Below are positions 1 to 8,884 of a stretch of DNA of 33,481 bases, one piece after another; within the stretch, counting starts at the first letter, position 1; each line of letters opens with the position of its first letter. Source of the stretch: Candidatus Woesearchaeota archaeon. Its GTDB lineage: Archaea; Nanobdellota; Nanobdellia; Pacearchaeales; GW2011-AR1. The notes under the pieces were generated by a model. The model did no database searches. It was not told the DNA's origin and was given only the letters and a program-made list of their open reading frames with translations. A program made the position numbers and the translations under genes. The stretch spans positions 1 to 33,481 of the forward strand of contig CAZDZI010000005.1 of NCBI GenBank assembly GCA_964509925.1. The letters are read 5' to 3'.

Positions 1-290
1 CGTCGCGAGACAGTTTGTATGATATCTACTAGGTGTGTTATTGTCTGAGTGGAACGAGTTTCTAGTACGAGAGGAACGGGGCTTGGGTGCCTCTGGTGAG
101 CAGTTGTCATTTGGCAGGCTGCATAGCTACGCACTGTATGGATAAGAGCTGAATGCATCTAAGCTCGAAGCCATCCGCAAAACGAGACAATTAAAGCCGT
201 CAAAGAAGATGACGTTGATAGAGTTCTTGTGTAAGATTCAAGCTTCGGCGAGAATTTCAGCATAGAACTACTAAAAGCTTTATTGTAATT
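1..290 (+). rRNA. rrl: 23S (LSU) rRNA, 3'-terminal fragment (domain VI); 5' part lies outside the window
   Basis: Sarcin-ricin loop motif AGTACGAGAGGAAC at 64-77. Downstream GCTGAATGCATCTAAGC and GACGTTGATAG blocks are collinear with the known 23S 3' end. The region is GC-richer than its flanks. The 3' boundary (about 275-300) is approximate. Confidence 0.9.
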
Positions 291-426
291 TATTTAATGA
301 CACTTATTCTTCTAGTGCTTATTGATTTGTTTCTTAAAAAAAATTATTTTTAATTTTCAAATACCAATATTCACATATAAATTATTTCTTAGAAAACTTC
401 TTAAATTGATTAATATTAACTAAAAT

Positions 427-909
427 ATGAAAAAGAAGGGATTAAAAAATCATAGTTTTATTAAGGCATTTACAACATTCCTAATATTATCTATAATAGT
501 TGTAACAGTAAGCATGTATTTTGTTTTTGATAATCAACTAATTGGTCCAGCGTTTCTTGGGTTAGGAATTATTAGTTTAATTTTCTTAAAAATTGTAAAG
601 ATAAAAATATCCTCTGTTTATCCAGATATTGTTTTTGGGTTTATTGATAATGGAGTTTTAGTTTTTGCTGCTGTTCTTGGAGGAGCCTATGCTGGAGTTG
701 CTGGAGCAATAATTGGGGGAGCTGCAGGAAATACAATTACTGACGGTATTGGAGGATTATTTGAAGGTTATGTTGCACAACACCAGAGAAAGTTTGATAT
801 TGATAATCTAAGAACAACTATGTCGAGTATGTTGGGAAAAATGTCAGGTTGTTTATTTGGTGCTGGAGCAGGATTAATTCTAGTGTGGATGATTACTTCT
901 TTAATCTAA
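427..909 (+). CDS. Glycine/alanine-rich integral membrane protein, unknown function
   Basis: 160-aa ORF with several hydrophobic segments and a glycine-zipper-like stretch GGAYAGVAGAIIGGAAGNTITDGIGG. No recognisable family. Confidence 0.55.
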   Translation: MKKKGLKNHSFIKAFTTFLILSIIVVTVSMYFVFDNQLIGPAFLGLGIISLIFLKIVKIKISSVYPDIVFGFIDNGVLVFAAVLGGAYAGVAGAIIGGAAGNTITDGIGGLFEGYVAQHQRKFDIDNLRTTMSSMLGKMSGCLFGAGAGLILVWMITSLI

Positions 910-3505
910 TATATTTTCCAATCTCAAATATTATTAGACCTGAAAGTGAGAAAGGCAATACAAATAACCAATCCTTTAATGTTAAACTAACAACTCCGAA
1001 TAATGCTCCTAAAGGAGTATATAAGAGAGTTAAATGAAACCCTAAGGAAATAAGAACTGCTAAGTTTAACCATTTATTTGAGAACATTCCCTTTCTTAAT
1101 AATGGTCTATTACTTCTGCAAGTATAGATAAAAAATAGTTCAAATAAAATTGCTGTAGTTAAAACCATTGTTCTTACTTCTTCTATTGGAAGAGAATTAC
1201 TATATGAAAAAAAGAAAACAATAAATTCTGCTAGTAATGCTAATACTCCTCCAATTAAAATAAAGCCCCAAATTCCACTTAATATACTTTTTTCACGTCG
1301 TGGCTTAGTTTTCATTACATTCTCTTCTTTTTCAAAAACAAGTGATAATGCAGGAAGGGAATCTGTCATAAGATTAATCCATAATATTTGTAAAGGTAAT
1401 AATGGAAGAGGAAATCTCATTGTTAATGCTAATAAAATTAAAAATATTTCAGAAAAGTTAACTGCTAAAAGATATTTTGTGAATTTCTTTATGTTATCAT
1501 AAGTTTTTCTTCCTTCTTTTACTCCTTCAACTATTGATGCAAAGTTATCATCAAGAAGAATTATATCTGAAACATCTCTTGCAACATCTGTTCCTCTAAT
1601 TCCCATTGCAATTCCAATGTCTGCTGACTTTAGAGCTAAGACATCATTAACACCGTCGCCTGTTATCGCAACAGTCTCTCCTTTTTTTTGAAGAACTGTT
1701 GTTATTTTTAATTTTTGTTCAGGAGTTGTTCTTGCAAATATTGCAATATCTCCTATTTGTTTTTCTAATTGTTCTTCAGACATCTTTTCTAGCTCACTTC
1801 CAACAATAATCTTTCCAAAGATTCCTATTTTATTTGCAATTGCCGAAGCTGTTAAGGCAGAATCTCCAGTGATAATTTTTACTTTTATTCCTGCATCTTT
1901 ACATTGTTGAATTGCATTTTTTACTTCTGGACGAGGAGGATCAAGCATTCCCATTAAACCTAAGAAAATTAGCCCATTTTCTTGAACCTTTTCTCTTTTA
2001 GAAAAATTCTTATATGCAAATCCTAAAACTCTTAATGCTTTTTTCTCTAATTCATAAGATTGTTTTAATAATTGTTTTTTTCTTGTTTCACTTAATCTTT
2101 TTATTTCTCCTTTAACTAATTCAAATGCGCATAAAGAAATAATTTTTTCAGAAGCTCCCTTAGAATAAAGTGTATTATTTCTTCCTGAATCTCTAAGAAT
2201 AGACATCATTTTTCTTTCAGAATTAAATTCAAATTCTTTTATTCTTGGTTCTTTTTCTGTAATCTTTTTCTTACTAATATCTAAATCTAAAGCTAATCTA
2301 ATAAAAGATTCTTCTGTTGGATCTCCAATAAAAGAATAATTTAGGCCTTCTTCTTCAAATCTAGCATTATTGCATAAAAGACTTGCTTTAATTAATTGGG
2401 CTAGCTCTAAATTATTTTTTACATCTACACTTTTCTCATTTAATAAAATATTTTTTCCTTTTTTAATATAAGAAATATTATTTGAGAAAATTTCTTGAAC
2501 ATGCATTTTCTCCTCGGTAAGTGTTCCGGTTTTATCTGAACAGATTACGGTTACGCTTCCAAGACTCTCAACTGCTGGAAGTTTTCTTACAACTACATTT
2601 TTCTTTGACATAAACATAGAAGAAATTGCAAATGCTATTGCAAGAACTGCTGGAAGCCCTTCAGGTATGGCGCTTACTGCCAATGCGACTGCTGTAAGAA
2701 AAGTGTCTATCTTATCTGCTGCAGTAAAAAATCCAACAATAACAATTATCAAAACTAATGCAAGAATAATAAATCCTAATTGTTTAGAAAAAAGATCTAA
2801 TCTCTTTTGAATTGGAGTTTTTTGTATTTTTATTTCTTGAAGCTTCTCTGCAATTTTTCCAAATTCAGTTTCCATTGCAGTTGCAACAACGATAGCTGTA
2901 CCACTTCCCCTAACAACTTGTGTTCCTGTGTAAAGCATATTTATTCTTTCTGCAAGAATTGCTTTTTCTCTGATAGTTTTATCTTGTTTTCCTATTGGAG
3001 TACTTTCTCCTGTTAATACTGCTTCATTTGTTTGTAAATTATTTGATTCAAGAATTCTACAATCAGCATTAATCTTATCTCCTGCTTCAAAAATTATAAT
3101 ATCTCCTGGAACAAGATCTTTTGAAGATATTTTAATGTGTTTTCCATCTCTAATTACTGTAGATGTTGGAACTAATAGCTTTCTTAAGCTAATTATTGCT
3201 TTTTCTGCCTTATATTGTTGAAAGAATCCTATTGAAGCATTAACAACTACAATAACAAGAATAACAATTGCATCTGTTAAATGCCCTATAATAAAAGAAA
3301 TTATAGATGCTATAATTAAAATATAAATTAAAAAGGATTGGAACTGGCTTAAGAGTATTTTTAATGGTTCTAAATTATAAACTTTCTTTAATTGGTTTTT
3401 TCCATATTTTTGAATACGGTTTTCTGCTTCTCTTTGGGTTAATCCTTTTTCAGAAGAAGCAAGTTCTTGAAAAATGTCCTCTTTTAATGTTGCATGAAAC
3501 TGCAT
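893..3505 (-). CDS. P-type cation-transporting ATPase, P2A (SERCA-like, probable Ca2+) type
   Basis: 870 aa with TGES, the PEGLP M4 motif, the phosphorylation site CSDKTGTLT and the hinge TGDGVNDVLALK. The N-terminal cation-ATPase domain and C-terminal TM bundle are present. Confidence 0.93.
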   Translation of the reverse strand: MQFHATLKEDIFQELASSEKGLTQREAENRIQKYGKNQLKKVYNLEPLKILLSQFQSFLIYILIIASIISFIIGHLTDAIVILVIVVVNASIGFFQQYKAEKAIISLRKLLVPTSTVIRDGKHIKISSKDLVPGDIIIFEAGDKINADCRILESNNLQTNEAVLTGESTPIGKQDKTIREKAILAERINMLYTGTQVVRGSGTAIVVATAMETEFGKIAEKLQEIKIQKTPIQKRLDLFSKQLGFIILALVLIIVIVGFFTAADKIDTFLTAVALAVSAIPEGLPAVLAIAFAISSMFMSKKNVVVRKLPAVESLGSVTVICSDKTGTLTEEKMHVQEIFSNNISYIKKGKNILLNEKSVDVKNNLELAQLIKASLLCNNARFEEEGLNYSFIGDPTEESFIRLALDLDISKKKITEKEPRIKEFEFNSERKMMSILRDSGRNNTLYSKGASEKIISLCAFELVKGEIKRLSETRKKQLLKQSYELEKKALRVLGFAYKNFSKREKVQENGLIFLGLMGMLDPPRPEVKNAIQQCKDAGIKVKIITGDSALTASAIANKIGIFGKIIVGSELEKMSEEQLEKQIGDIAIFARTTPEQKLKITTVLQKKGETVAITGDGVNDVLALKSADIGIAMGIRGTDVARDVSDIILLDDNFASIVEGVKEGRKTYDNIKKFTKYLLAVNFSEIFLILLALTMRFPLPLLPLQILWINLMTDSLPALSLVFEKEENVMKTKPRREKSILSGIWGFILIGGVLALLAEFIVFFFSYSNSLPIEEVRTMVLTTAILFELFFIYTCRSNRPLLRKGMFSNKWLNLAVLISLGFHLTLLYTPLGALFGVVSLTLKDWLFVLPFSLSGLIIFEIGKYIRLKK

Positions 3506-3527
3506 AAAAATATACAGATAGTAAAGC

Positions 3528-3535
3528 TTAAAAAT
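3528..3535. promoter_or_regulatory. Candidate shared (bidirectional) TATA element between the ATPase gene (-) and RNase P RNA (+)
   Basis: TTAAAAAT lies 23 nt from the ATPase ATG (3505) and 21 nt from the predicted RNase P RNA 5' end (3556). It is the only TATA-like element in the 50-nt spacer. Confidence 0.35.
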
Positions 3536-3555
3536 GCTATCTTGCTTGAATTTTT

Positions 3556-3872
3556 GTAAGTTGGGTAGTTAACTACGGGATTCAGTTTTTAATTAATCAA
3601 ATATCGTGAATAAATCGATATTGAATTCTGAGGAAGGTCCGCCCACCATAATAAAGTCATCAGGGAAATCCTGACTGCTGTGAAGTAGAGCTCTGTTACA
3701 GAAACGGCACAGTCGCTTTTGAGCTAGGAAACATGCGTTGAGCTTTGAAGAAGCGGATTTGATGAAACGAATATCTTGACTGGTGCAAGGCTTAAAGCCG
3801 CTTAGTCGAATGTTAACAAGTTCGGTCTGCATTGAACAGCGAACTACAGAAGGTGGCCTATTCCCAACTTAC
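3556..3872 (+). ncRNA. rnpB: RNase P RNA (archaeal type A-like)
   Basis: Terminal P1 helix GTAAGTTGGG (3556-3565) pairs with CCCAACTTAC (3863-3872). CR-I-like GAGGAAGGTCCGCCC, internal ACAGAAAC and CR-V-like ACAGAAGGTGGCCTA are present, and CCACC/GGTGG can form P4. The segment is a GC-rich island in AT-rich DNA and is followed by a T6 run. Confidence 0.85.
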
Positions 3873-3874
3873 AT

Positions 3875-4246
3875 TTATTTTTTAGAAGAAGTTTTTCTAG
3901 AAATCCTTTTCTTATGTTCAAATTTATCTAATTCTGCTATCTTTACTAGTGTTTCTAACCCTTCTTTTGAACCAGTATCAATAACTAATGATGGATCTTC
4001 TTCATACATAACTGATTGCTCAGTAACACAATTTTCTCCAAACTGATATATTGTGCTAAATGGAAGTTTAACTCTTCTTACACCCAACATTGTCTTTTGT
4101 TCTTCAGTAAGAGAATTCTTTAATCCTTTAAAATATTCAGATATTTTTACAACAGCATTTGCAACAGCTGCTGAAGGAATTATTTTCCAAGTAGCTGGAT
4201 GATTATTTCCTCTTACAATCGTGTATGTTCTTTGATATCTTTCCAT
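3875..4246 (-). CDS. Hypothetical protein (123 aa)
   Basis: Clean ORF with an ATG start and a lysine-rich C-terminus. No motif recognised. Confidence 0.5.
   Translation of the reverse strand: MERYQRTYTIVRGNNHPATWKIIPSAAVANAVVKISEYFKGLKNSLTEEQKTMLGVRRVKLPFSTIYQFGENCVTEQSVMYEEDPSLVIDTGSKEGLETLVKIAELDKFEHKKRISRKTSSKK
3878..3883 (+). terminator. Oligo-T termination signal after RNase P RNA
   Basis: TTTTTT lies immediately 3' of the P1 closing helix. Archaeal RNAP terminates at T-runs. Confidence 0.4.
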
Positions 4247-4299
4247 ATAAATCTTATCTTCAATTACTTTTTAAAGATTTATATTCAGATAGCAACACA

Positions 4300-4307
4300 T
4301 TTAAAAG
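4300..4307 (+). promoter_or_regulatory. TATA-like box for tRNA-Phe
   Basis: TTTAAAAG lies 25 nt upstream of tRNA position 1. Confidence 0.35.
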
Positions 4308-4331
4308 CAAAAGATTAATTATTTCTTGTAT

Positions 4332-4403
4332 GGGATGGTAGCTCAGCGGGAGAGCACATGACTGAAGATCATGGTGTCCGGGGTTCGACTCCCCGTCGTC
4401 CCA
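4332..4403 (+). tRNA. tRNA-Phe (anticodon GAA), CCA not encoded
   Basis: Cloverleaf: acceptor GGGATGG/TCGTCCC, D arm GCTC-AGCGGGA-GAGC, anticodon arm CATGA-CTGAAGA-TCATG and T arm CGGGG-TTCGACT-CCCCG, with discriminator A. Confidence 0.93.
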
Positions 4404-4411
4404 TTTTTTTT
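4404..4411 (+). terminator. Oligo-T terminator after tRNA-Phe
   Basis: T8 run directly after the discriminator base. Confidence 0.45.
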
Positions 4412-4418
4412 CAAAAGG

Positions 4419-4426
4419 TTTATAAA
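4419..4426 (+). promoter_or_regulatory. TATA box (AAGGTTTATAAA context) for leaderless ORF 4448
   Basis: TTTATAAA ends 22 nt before the ATG. The same octamer and spacing recur at other genes. Confidence 0.4.
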
Positions 4427-4447
4427 ACAAACTAAATTATATTAAAC

Positions 4448-4693
4448 ATGGCAGAAGAAAAAGGGGTAGCATATATTTTAGGTATTGTTAGTCTGGTGTT
4501 AGCTTTCTTTCAACCACTTCCAGCAATAATTATTGGTATTATTGGTTTAGTGCAAAATAAAAAAGAGAAAAACAAAACAGCTAAAAGATTAAACATTCTT
4601 GCTATTATTATTGGAGTAATTATGTTTGCTATTATAATTGCTATTAGTATTTATAGCATATTAAATGCTGGTATAAATTTTCCTACTTATTAA
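4448..4693 (+). CDS. Small two-TM membrane protein
   Basis: 81 aa with two hydrophobic helices separated by the basic loop NKKEKNKTAKR. Confidence 0.55.
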   Translation: MAEEKGVAYILGIVSLVLAFFQPLPAIIIGIIGLVQNKKEKNKTAKRLNILAIIIGVIMFAIIIAISIYSILNAGINFPTY

Positions 4694-4695
4694 AA

Positions 4696-5250
4696 ATGAA
4701 AAAGAAAGGGGCAATGGAATTAACTATGGGTACAATGGTAACTATAGTTCTACTTGTAATGGTTTTAATTCTTGGGGGATATTTTGTTAATAAAATATTC
4801 TTTAGTGCTTCAGGAAGTATTGATCAAATAGATACTGCAGTTAAAAATGAGATTAACAAATTATTTGCAGAAGATGAATCTCGAAAAATAGTATTTTACC
4901 CTTCATCTAGAGGTATTGAATTAGAAAAAGGTGTTCAAGGAAGAGGGTTTGGTTTTTCTATAAGAAATATTGGATTAGAAGCAGATACTTTTACATATGA
5001 TATTCAAGCACAAGAAACAAGTTGTCCTAATTCATTGAGTATAACTCAAGCAGAAAGTTTTATTTCATTAGGAAAAGCAGGAACAATACAAATTCCTGCT
5101 GGAAGCATTATGGAAAATCCAAGATTAGTTACATTTAATATTCCTGAAACAGCTCCTCCTTGTGAAGTGAAATATGTGCTTACTATGCAAAAAGGTGGAC
5201 AGCTATATGGAGCATCATTAGACTTTGATGTTGTAATAAAGTCAGGGTAG
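4696..5250 (+). CDS. Archaeal type IV pilin-like protein (class III signal peptide)
   Basis: The N-terminus MKKKG/AMELTMGTMVTIVLLVMVLILGG has a basic stretch, Gly, a small residue with a conserved Glu, then a hydrophobic helix. This is typical of prepilin-peptidase substrates. The remainder looks like a beta-rich soluble domain. Confidence 0.55.
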   Translation: MKKKGAMELTMGTMVTIVLLVMVLILGGYFVNKIFFSASGSIDQIDTAVKNEINKLFAEDESRKIVFYPSSRGIELEKGVQGRGFGFSIRNIGLEADTFTYDIQAQETSCPNSLSITQAESFISLGKAGTIQIPAGSIMENPRLVTFNIPETAPPCEVKYVLTMQKGGQLYGASLDFDVVIKSG

Positions 5251-5281
5251 AATTTAAAAGATAATCTTTCTTTAGAATACT

Positions 5282-6625
5282 ATGTCATTAAAACTATATA
5301 ATACACTAGGAAGAAAAAAAGAGGTATTTAAACCAATAAAAAAAGCCCAAGTTGGAATGTATGTTTGTGGACCTACTATTTACAATTATGTTCATATTGG
5401 AAATTTAAGAGCATATATTTTTGGAGATATTCTTAGAAGATATCTTAAGTTTTCTGGATATAAAGTTAAAGAAGTTATGAACTTAACTGATGTTGAAGAT
5501 AAAACAATTAGAGATAGTCAAAAAGCAGGCAAAAAATTAAAAGACTTTACAAAAGTTTATGAAAAAGCATTTTTAGAAGATATTTCTGCATTAAATATTG
5601 AAACTCCTGAAGTTATTCCTAAAGCAACAGAACATATTAAGGAAATGGTTGCAATTATTAAGAAATTACTAGACAAAAAGATTGCATATAAGGCAGATGA
5701 TGGAATTTATTTTTCAATTAATAAGTTTAAAGATTATGGTAAGTTATCTGGAATAAATCTTGAAGAATTAAAAGAAGGTGCGAGTAAAAGAGTTGCTAAG
5801 GATGAATATGATAAAGATAGTGCTCATGACTTTGCCTTATGGAAGTTTTATGATAAAAGTGATGGAGATGTTTTCTGGGATACAGAACTTGGAAAAGGAA
5901 GACCAGGATGGCATATTGAATGTTCAGCAATGTCTTCTAAATACTTAGGACAGACTTTTGATATTCATACAGGAGGAATTGATTTAGTGTTTCCTCATCA
6001 TGAAAATGAAATTGCTCAAAGTGAAGCTGCAAATGATAAACCTTTTGTTAAATATTGGATGCATAATGAATGGGTTTTAGTAGATGGAAAGAAAATGTCT
6101 AAGTCTTTGAATAATTTCTATAGGCTAAGTGATGTAAGTACTAAAGGATTTAGCCCATTAGATTTAAGATATTTTTATTTAACAAAAATCTATAGACAAC
6201 AACTTAATTTTACTTGGAAGGGATTAGAAGCATCTAAAACAGCCTTACAAAGATTAAGAAATATACTTTCTGAAACTAAGAATGATAAAAAAACAAATAA
6301 AAAATATTTAGATGAATTCAAAAAAGCCATGGATGATGATTTGAATACTCCAAATGCATTACAAGTTCTTTGGAAACTAATCAGAGATGAAAAAGCTCAA
6401 GGAAAAATTAATACAATAAAAGAAATGGATAAGGTTTTTGGATTAAAACTTTTAGAAAAAGAAAAAGTTTCTGTTTCTGCTGATGTTAAAGCACTTGTTA
6501 AGGAAAGAGATGAAGCAAGAAAGAATAAAGAATGGGATAAATCAGATTCTCTAAGAGATAAAATAAAAAAACTTGGTTATCAAGTAAATGACACTCCTGA
6601 TGGAAGTGTTGTGAGGAAAATATGA
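5282..6625 (+). CDS. cysS: Cysteinyl-tRNA synthetase
   Basis: Class I motifs HIGN (VHIGNLR) and KMSKS, the Zn-binding CGPT.Y, and WHIECS. Length is 447 aa. Confidence 0.95.
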   Translation: MSLKLYNTLGRKKEVFKPIKKAQVGMYVCGPTIYNYVHIGNLRAYIFGDILRRYLKFSGYKVKEVMNLTDVEDKTIRDSQKAGKKLKDFTKVYEKAFLEDISALNIETPEVIPKATEHIKEMVAIIKKLLDKKIAYKADDGIYFSINKFKDYGKLSGINLEELKEGASKRVAKDEYDKDSAHDFALWKFYDKSDGDVFWDTELGKGRPGWHIECSAMSSKYLGQTFDIHTGGIDLVFPHHENEIAQSEAANDKPFVKYWMHNEWVLVDGKKMSKSLNNFYRLSDVSTKGFSPLDLRYFYLTKIYRQQLNFTWKGLEASKTALQRLRNILSETKNDKKTNKKYLDEFKKAMDDDLNTPNALQVLWKLIRDEKAQGKINTIKEMDKVFGLKLLEKEKVSVSADVKALVKERDEARKNKEWDKSDSLRDKIKKLGYQVNDTPDGSVVRKI

Positions 6626-6744
6626 GTGAAGAAATAAACAAAGATTGTCCTTGCACATGGCCTGGATGTCCTAGACATGGAAAATGTAAGGAATGTCAAG
6701 AGTATCATCATGCTAATGGTGAAACAACTTCTTGTGGAAAGTAA
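6622..6744 (+). CDS. Unannotated 40-aa Cys/His-rich small protein (putative metal-binding), coupled to cysS
   Basis: Its ATG overlaps the cysS stop (ATGA). It translates to MSEEINKDCPCTWPGCPRHGKCKECQEYHHANGETTSCGK, with 7 Cys and 3 His. It falls below the ORF-track length cutoff. The C.CT.PGCPR.G.C.EC..YH pattern resembles a small uncharacterised Cys-rich family, recalled from memory and unverified. Confidence 0.5.
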   Translation: MSEEINKDCPCTWPGCPRHGKCKECQEYHHANGETTSCGK

Positions 6745-6781
6745 TTTAAATCATTAAATATTAATAATAAAAAGGGGAAAA

Positions 6782-8071
6782 ATGAAGAAATCTAAATCAT
6801 ACAAATACAAAAGTTTTCTAAACTTAAAGTATAAACCAAAAAATACTGATTTAATTATGCAGTATTATATTGATCCTGCTAAAGGTTTTAAGTTTGAAGA
6901 AGCTGCTTCTATGGTTGCTGGTGAAAGTTCAGTAGGAACATGGACAGAAGTTAAAACAATGAAGCCTAGAATTGGGAAGATGCTTACTCCTCAAGTATTT
7001 TATGTTAATAAAAAAGATAAAAGGGCTAGAATTGCATATCCCATAGAATTATTTGAATTAGGGAATCTTCCAGAAATTCTTTCAAGTATTGGAGGAAATA
7101 TTTATGGTATGAAATCTGTTAAGGGATTATTTTGGGAAGATGTTGAACTTCCTAAGAAAATGTTAGATAGTTTTAAAGGACCGAAATTTGGAATTGATGG
7201 ATTAAGAAAGAAATTCAAAGTTCATGGAAGACCTTTTATTGGAACAATTGTAAAACCAAAAGTTGGCTTAGAACCTGGAGAACATTCTAGGGTTGCTTAT
7301 GATTCTTGGGTTGGTGGATGTGATATTGTTAAAGACGACGAAAATTTAACATCACAGAAGTTTAATCCATTTAAGACTAGATTTTTGAAAACAATTAAGA
7401 TGTTAAAGAAAGCTGAAAAAGAAACAGGAGATAAAAAAGCCTACTTAGTTAATTGTACTGCAGAAACTGATGAGATGTTAAAAAGAATAAAGTTTGTTGA
7501 AAAAAACGGAGGGAACTATATTATGTTAGATATCCTTACTGTGGGTTGGGCAGCATTACAAACTGCAAGAAACCATACTAAGCTTCCGATTCATGCTCAT
7601 AGGGCAGGACATGCTATGTTAGATAGAGATAAGCAAAGCTTTGGAATGTCTATGGAAGTTATTGCTCAATTAGCTAGAATGGTTGGAGTAGATACATTAC
7701 ATATTGGAACTGCATATGGAAAAATGTCTGGTGGAAAAAAAGAAGTATTGCATATTGAAGAAGAAATTGAAAATCAAATCACAAAACAAACTAAGGAATA
7801 TCTAAAACAAAAATGGTATAAAGTTAAGCCAGTTTTAGGGGTTGCTTCTGGAGGAGTCTATCCTGGAATTGTTGATAAGATTATGAAATTTATGGGGAAT
7901 GATGTTGTTATGCAAGCAGGTGGAGGAATTCATGGACATCCACATGGAACTAGGGAAGGAGCAATTGCAATGAGACAAGCAGTTGATGCTACACTTGAAG
8001 GTATTTCTTTAAAAGAATATGCAAAAACTCATGAAGAACTTTTAGTTGCCTTACAGAAATGGGGAAATTAA
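6782..8071 (+). CDS. rbcL: Ribulose-1,5-bisphosphate carboxylase/oxygenase large subunit, form III (archaeal type)
   Basis: 429 aa with catalytic motifs retained: GGNIYGMK, KPKVGL, GGCDIVKDDENL (carbamylated Lys plus Asp/Glu), HAHRAGHA, LHIGT and GGGIHGHP. No small-subunit gene is present. Confidence 0.93.
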   Translation: MKKSKSYKYKSFLNLKYKPKNTDLIMQYYIDPAKGFKFEEAASMVAGESSVGTWTEVKTMKPRIGKMLTPQVFYVNKKDKRARIAYPIELFELGNLPEILSSIGGNIYGMKSVKGLFWEDVELPKKMLDSFKGPKFGIDGLRKKFKVHGRPFIGTIVKPKVGLEPGEHSRVAYDSWVGGCDIVKDDENLTSQKFNPFKTRFLKTIKMLKKAEKETGDKKAYLVNCTAETDEMLKRIKFVEKNGGNYIMLDILTVGWAALQTARNHTKLPIHAHRAGHAMLDRDKQSFGMSMEVIAQLARMVGVDTLHIGTAYGKMSGGKKEVLHIEEEIENQITKQTKEYLKQKWYKVKPVLGVASGGVYPGIVDKIMKFMGNDVVMQAGGGIHGHPHGTREGAIAMRQAVDATLEGISLKEYAKTHEELLVALQKWGN

Positions 8072-8072
8072 A

Positions 8073-8522
8073 ATGAAATATAGAAAAGCTGTATTTATTG
8101 TAACATATTCTAAGACAAATAAAGACGTTGAATATCTTATTCTTAAGAGAAAGCTTCATTGGAAAGGTTGGGAGTTTCCAAAAGGCGGATTACAAGGTAT
8201 TAAAGAAAAAGTTTTTACAAAAGGTGCTGCAAAAAGGGAAGTTATTGAAGAAACAGGATTAATTCCATTAAAGCTTAAGAAATTTAATATTAAAGGTAAA
8301 TACAAATACAAAAAACCCCTAAAAGATAGGCCAGGAATTCTTGGACAAGAATATCAACTTTATTCTGCGGAAGTGAAAAAGAAAAAAGTGAATATTAAAA
8401 AAAATAAAGATTTGGAACATAGTGATTATAAGTGGGTTGATTATTCAACTGCTTTAAAGAAATTGACTTGGCCAAATCAAAAGAAATGTTTAAAGCTTGT
8501 AAATTCTTATTTAATAAAATGA
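8073..8522 (+). CDS. NUDIX hydrolase
   Basis: Nudix box GWEFPKGG...AAKREVIEETGL. The ATG at 8073 lies 1 nt after the rbcL stop. The track's upstream TTG start was rejected. Confidence 0.85.
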   Translation: MKYRKAVFIVTYSKTNKDVEYLILKRKLHWKGWEFPKGGLQGIKEKVFTKGAAKREVIEETGLIPLKLKKFNIKGKYKYKKPLKDRPGILGQEYQLYSAEVKKKKVNIKKNKDLEHSDYKWVDYSTALKKLTWPNQKKCLKLVNSYLIK

Positions 8523-8884
8523 AATTCAGAGAAAAAATACTTGAATCAGGAAAAAAATTAATTTTAGGGAAAAATGAAAAGAATAATGATGAATTAATGA
8601 AGTTGTATGAAGGCAAGAGAAACATTATATTTCATACTGCTAAACCAGGTAGTCCTTTTTGTGTTAGTGAAAAAATTTTAAGTGCAAAAGAAATAAAAGA
8701 AGCTGCAGCAATTTGTGCTTCAAAAAGTCAGGATTGGAGAGATAATAAAAAAGATATTGTAGTTCATCGGTTTAGTGGAAGAGATGTTAAAAAACCTAGA
8801 GGAATGAAACCTGGAACATGGAATGTGAAAAATGCTAAAATAATTAAAGTAAAGAAACAAGATATAGAGAACATAAAATGGTAA
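8519..8884 (+). CDS. NFACT RNA-binding (DUF814) domain protein
   Basis: ILGKNEKNNDEL...HTAKPGSPFCV...EAAAICASKS...VKKPRGMKPGTWNV matches the NFACT-R/DUF814 pattern. Its ATG overlaps the NUDIX stop (ATGA). Confidence 0.75.
   Translation: MKFREKILESGKKLILGKNEKNNDELMKLYEGKRNIIFHTAKPGSPFCVSEKILSAKEIKEAAAICASKSQDWRDNKKDIVVHRFSGRDVKKPRGMKPGTWNVKNAKIIKVKKQDIENIKW

Noticed and set aside
290-426. Looked for a 5S rRNA or tRNA downstream of the 23S 3' end
   Set aside because: The region is AT-rich with no stem-forming GC segments. No 5S-like or cloverleaf structure is evident, so the rRNA genes appear unlinked here.
849-3016. Track ORFs 849-1037 (+) and 2807-3016 (+) overlapping the P-type ATPase region
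   Set aside because: They are antisense or overlapping shadows of a motif-complete 870-aa ATPase. Their composition is low-complexity and they have no motifs.
3593-4046. Track ORFs 3593-3832 (-) and 3783-4046 (+)
   Set aside because: Both lie largely within the RNase P RNA gene, a GC-rich structured RNA with a closing P1 helix and conserved CR-I/CR-V motifs. The second also runs antisense into the 3875-4246 CDS. They are chance frames.
8046-8072. Upstream non-ATG starts proposed by the ORF track (8046, 8468, 10012, 10298, 16920, 18945, 23942, 23971, 25660, 31804)
   Set aside because: In each case an ATG sits at or within a few nt of the preceding stop codon, or at the canonical 21-22 nt from a TATA-like box. 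Several of the extended versions begin at TTG or GTG, and all overlap the upstream gene substantially.
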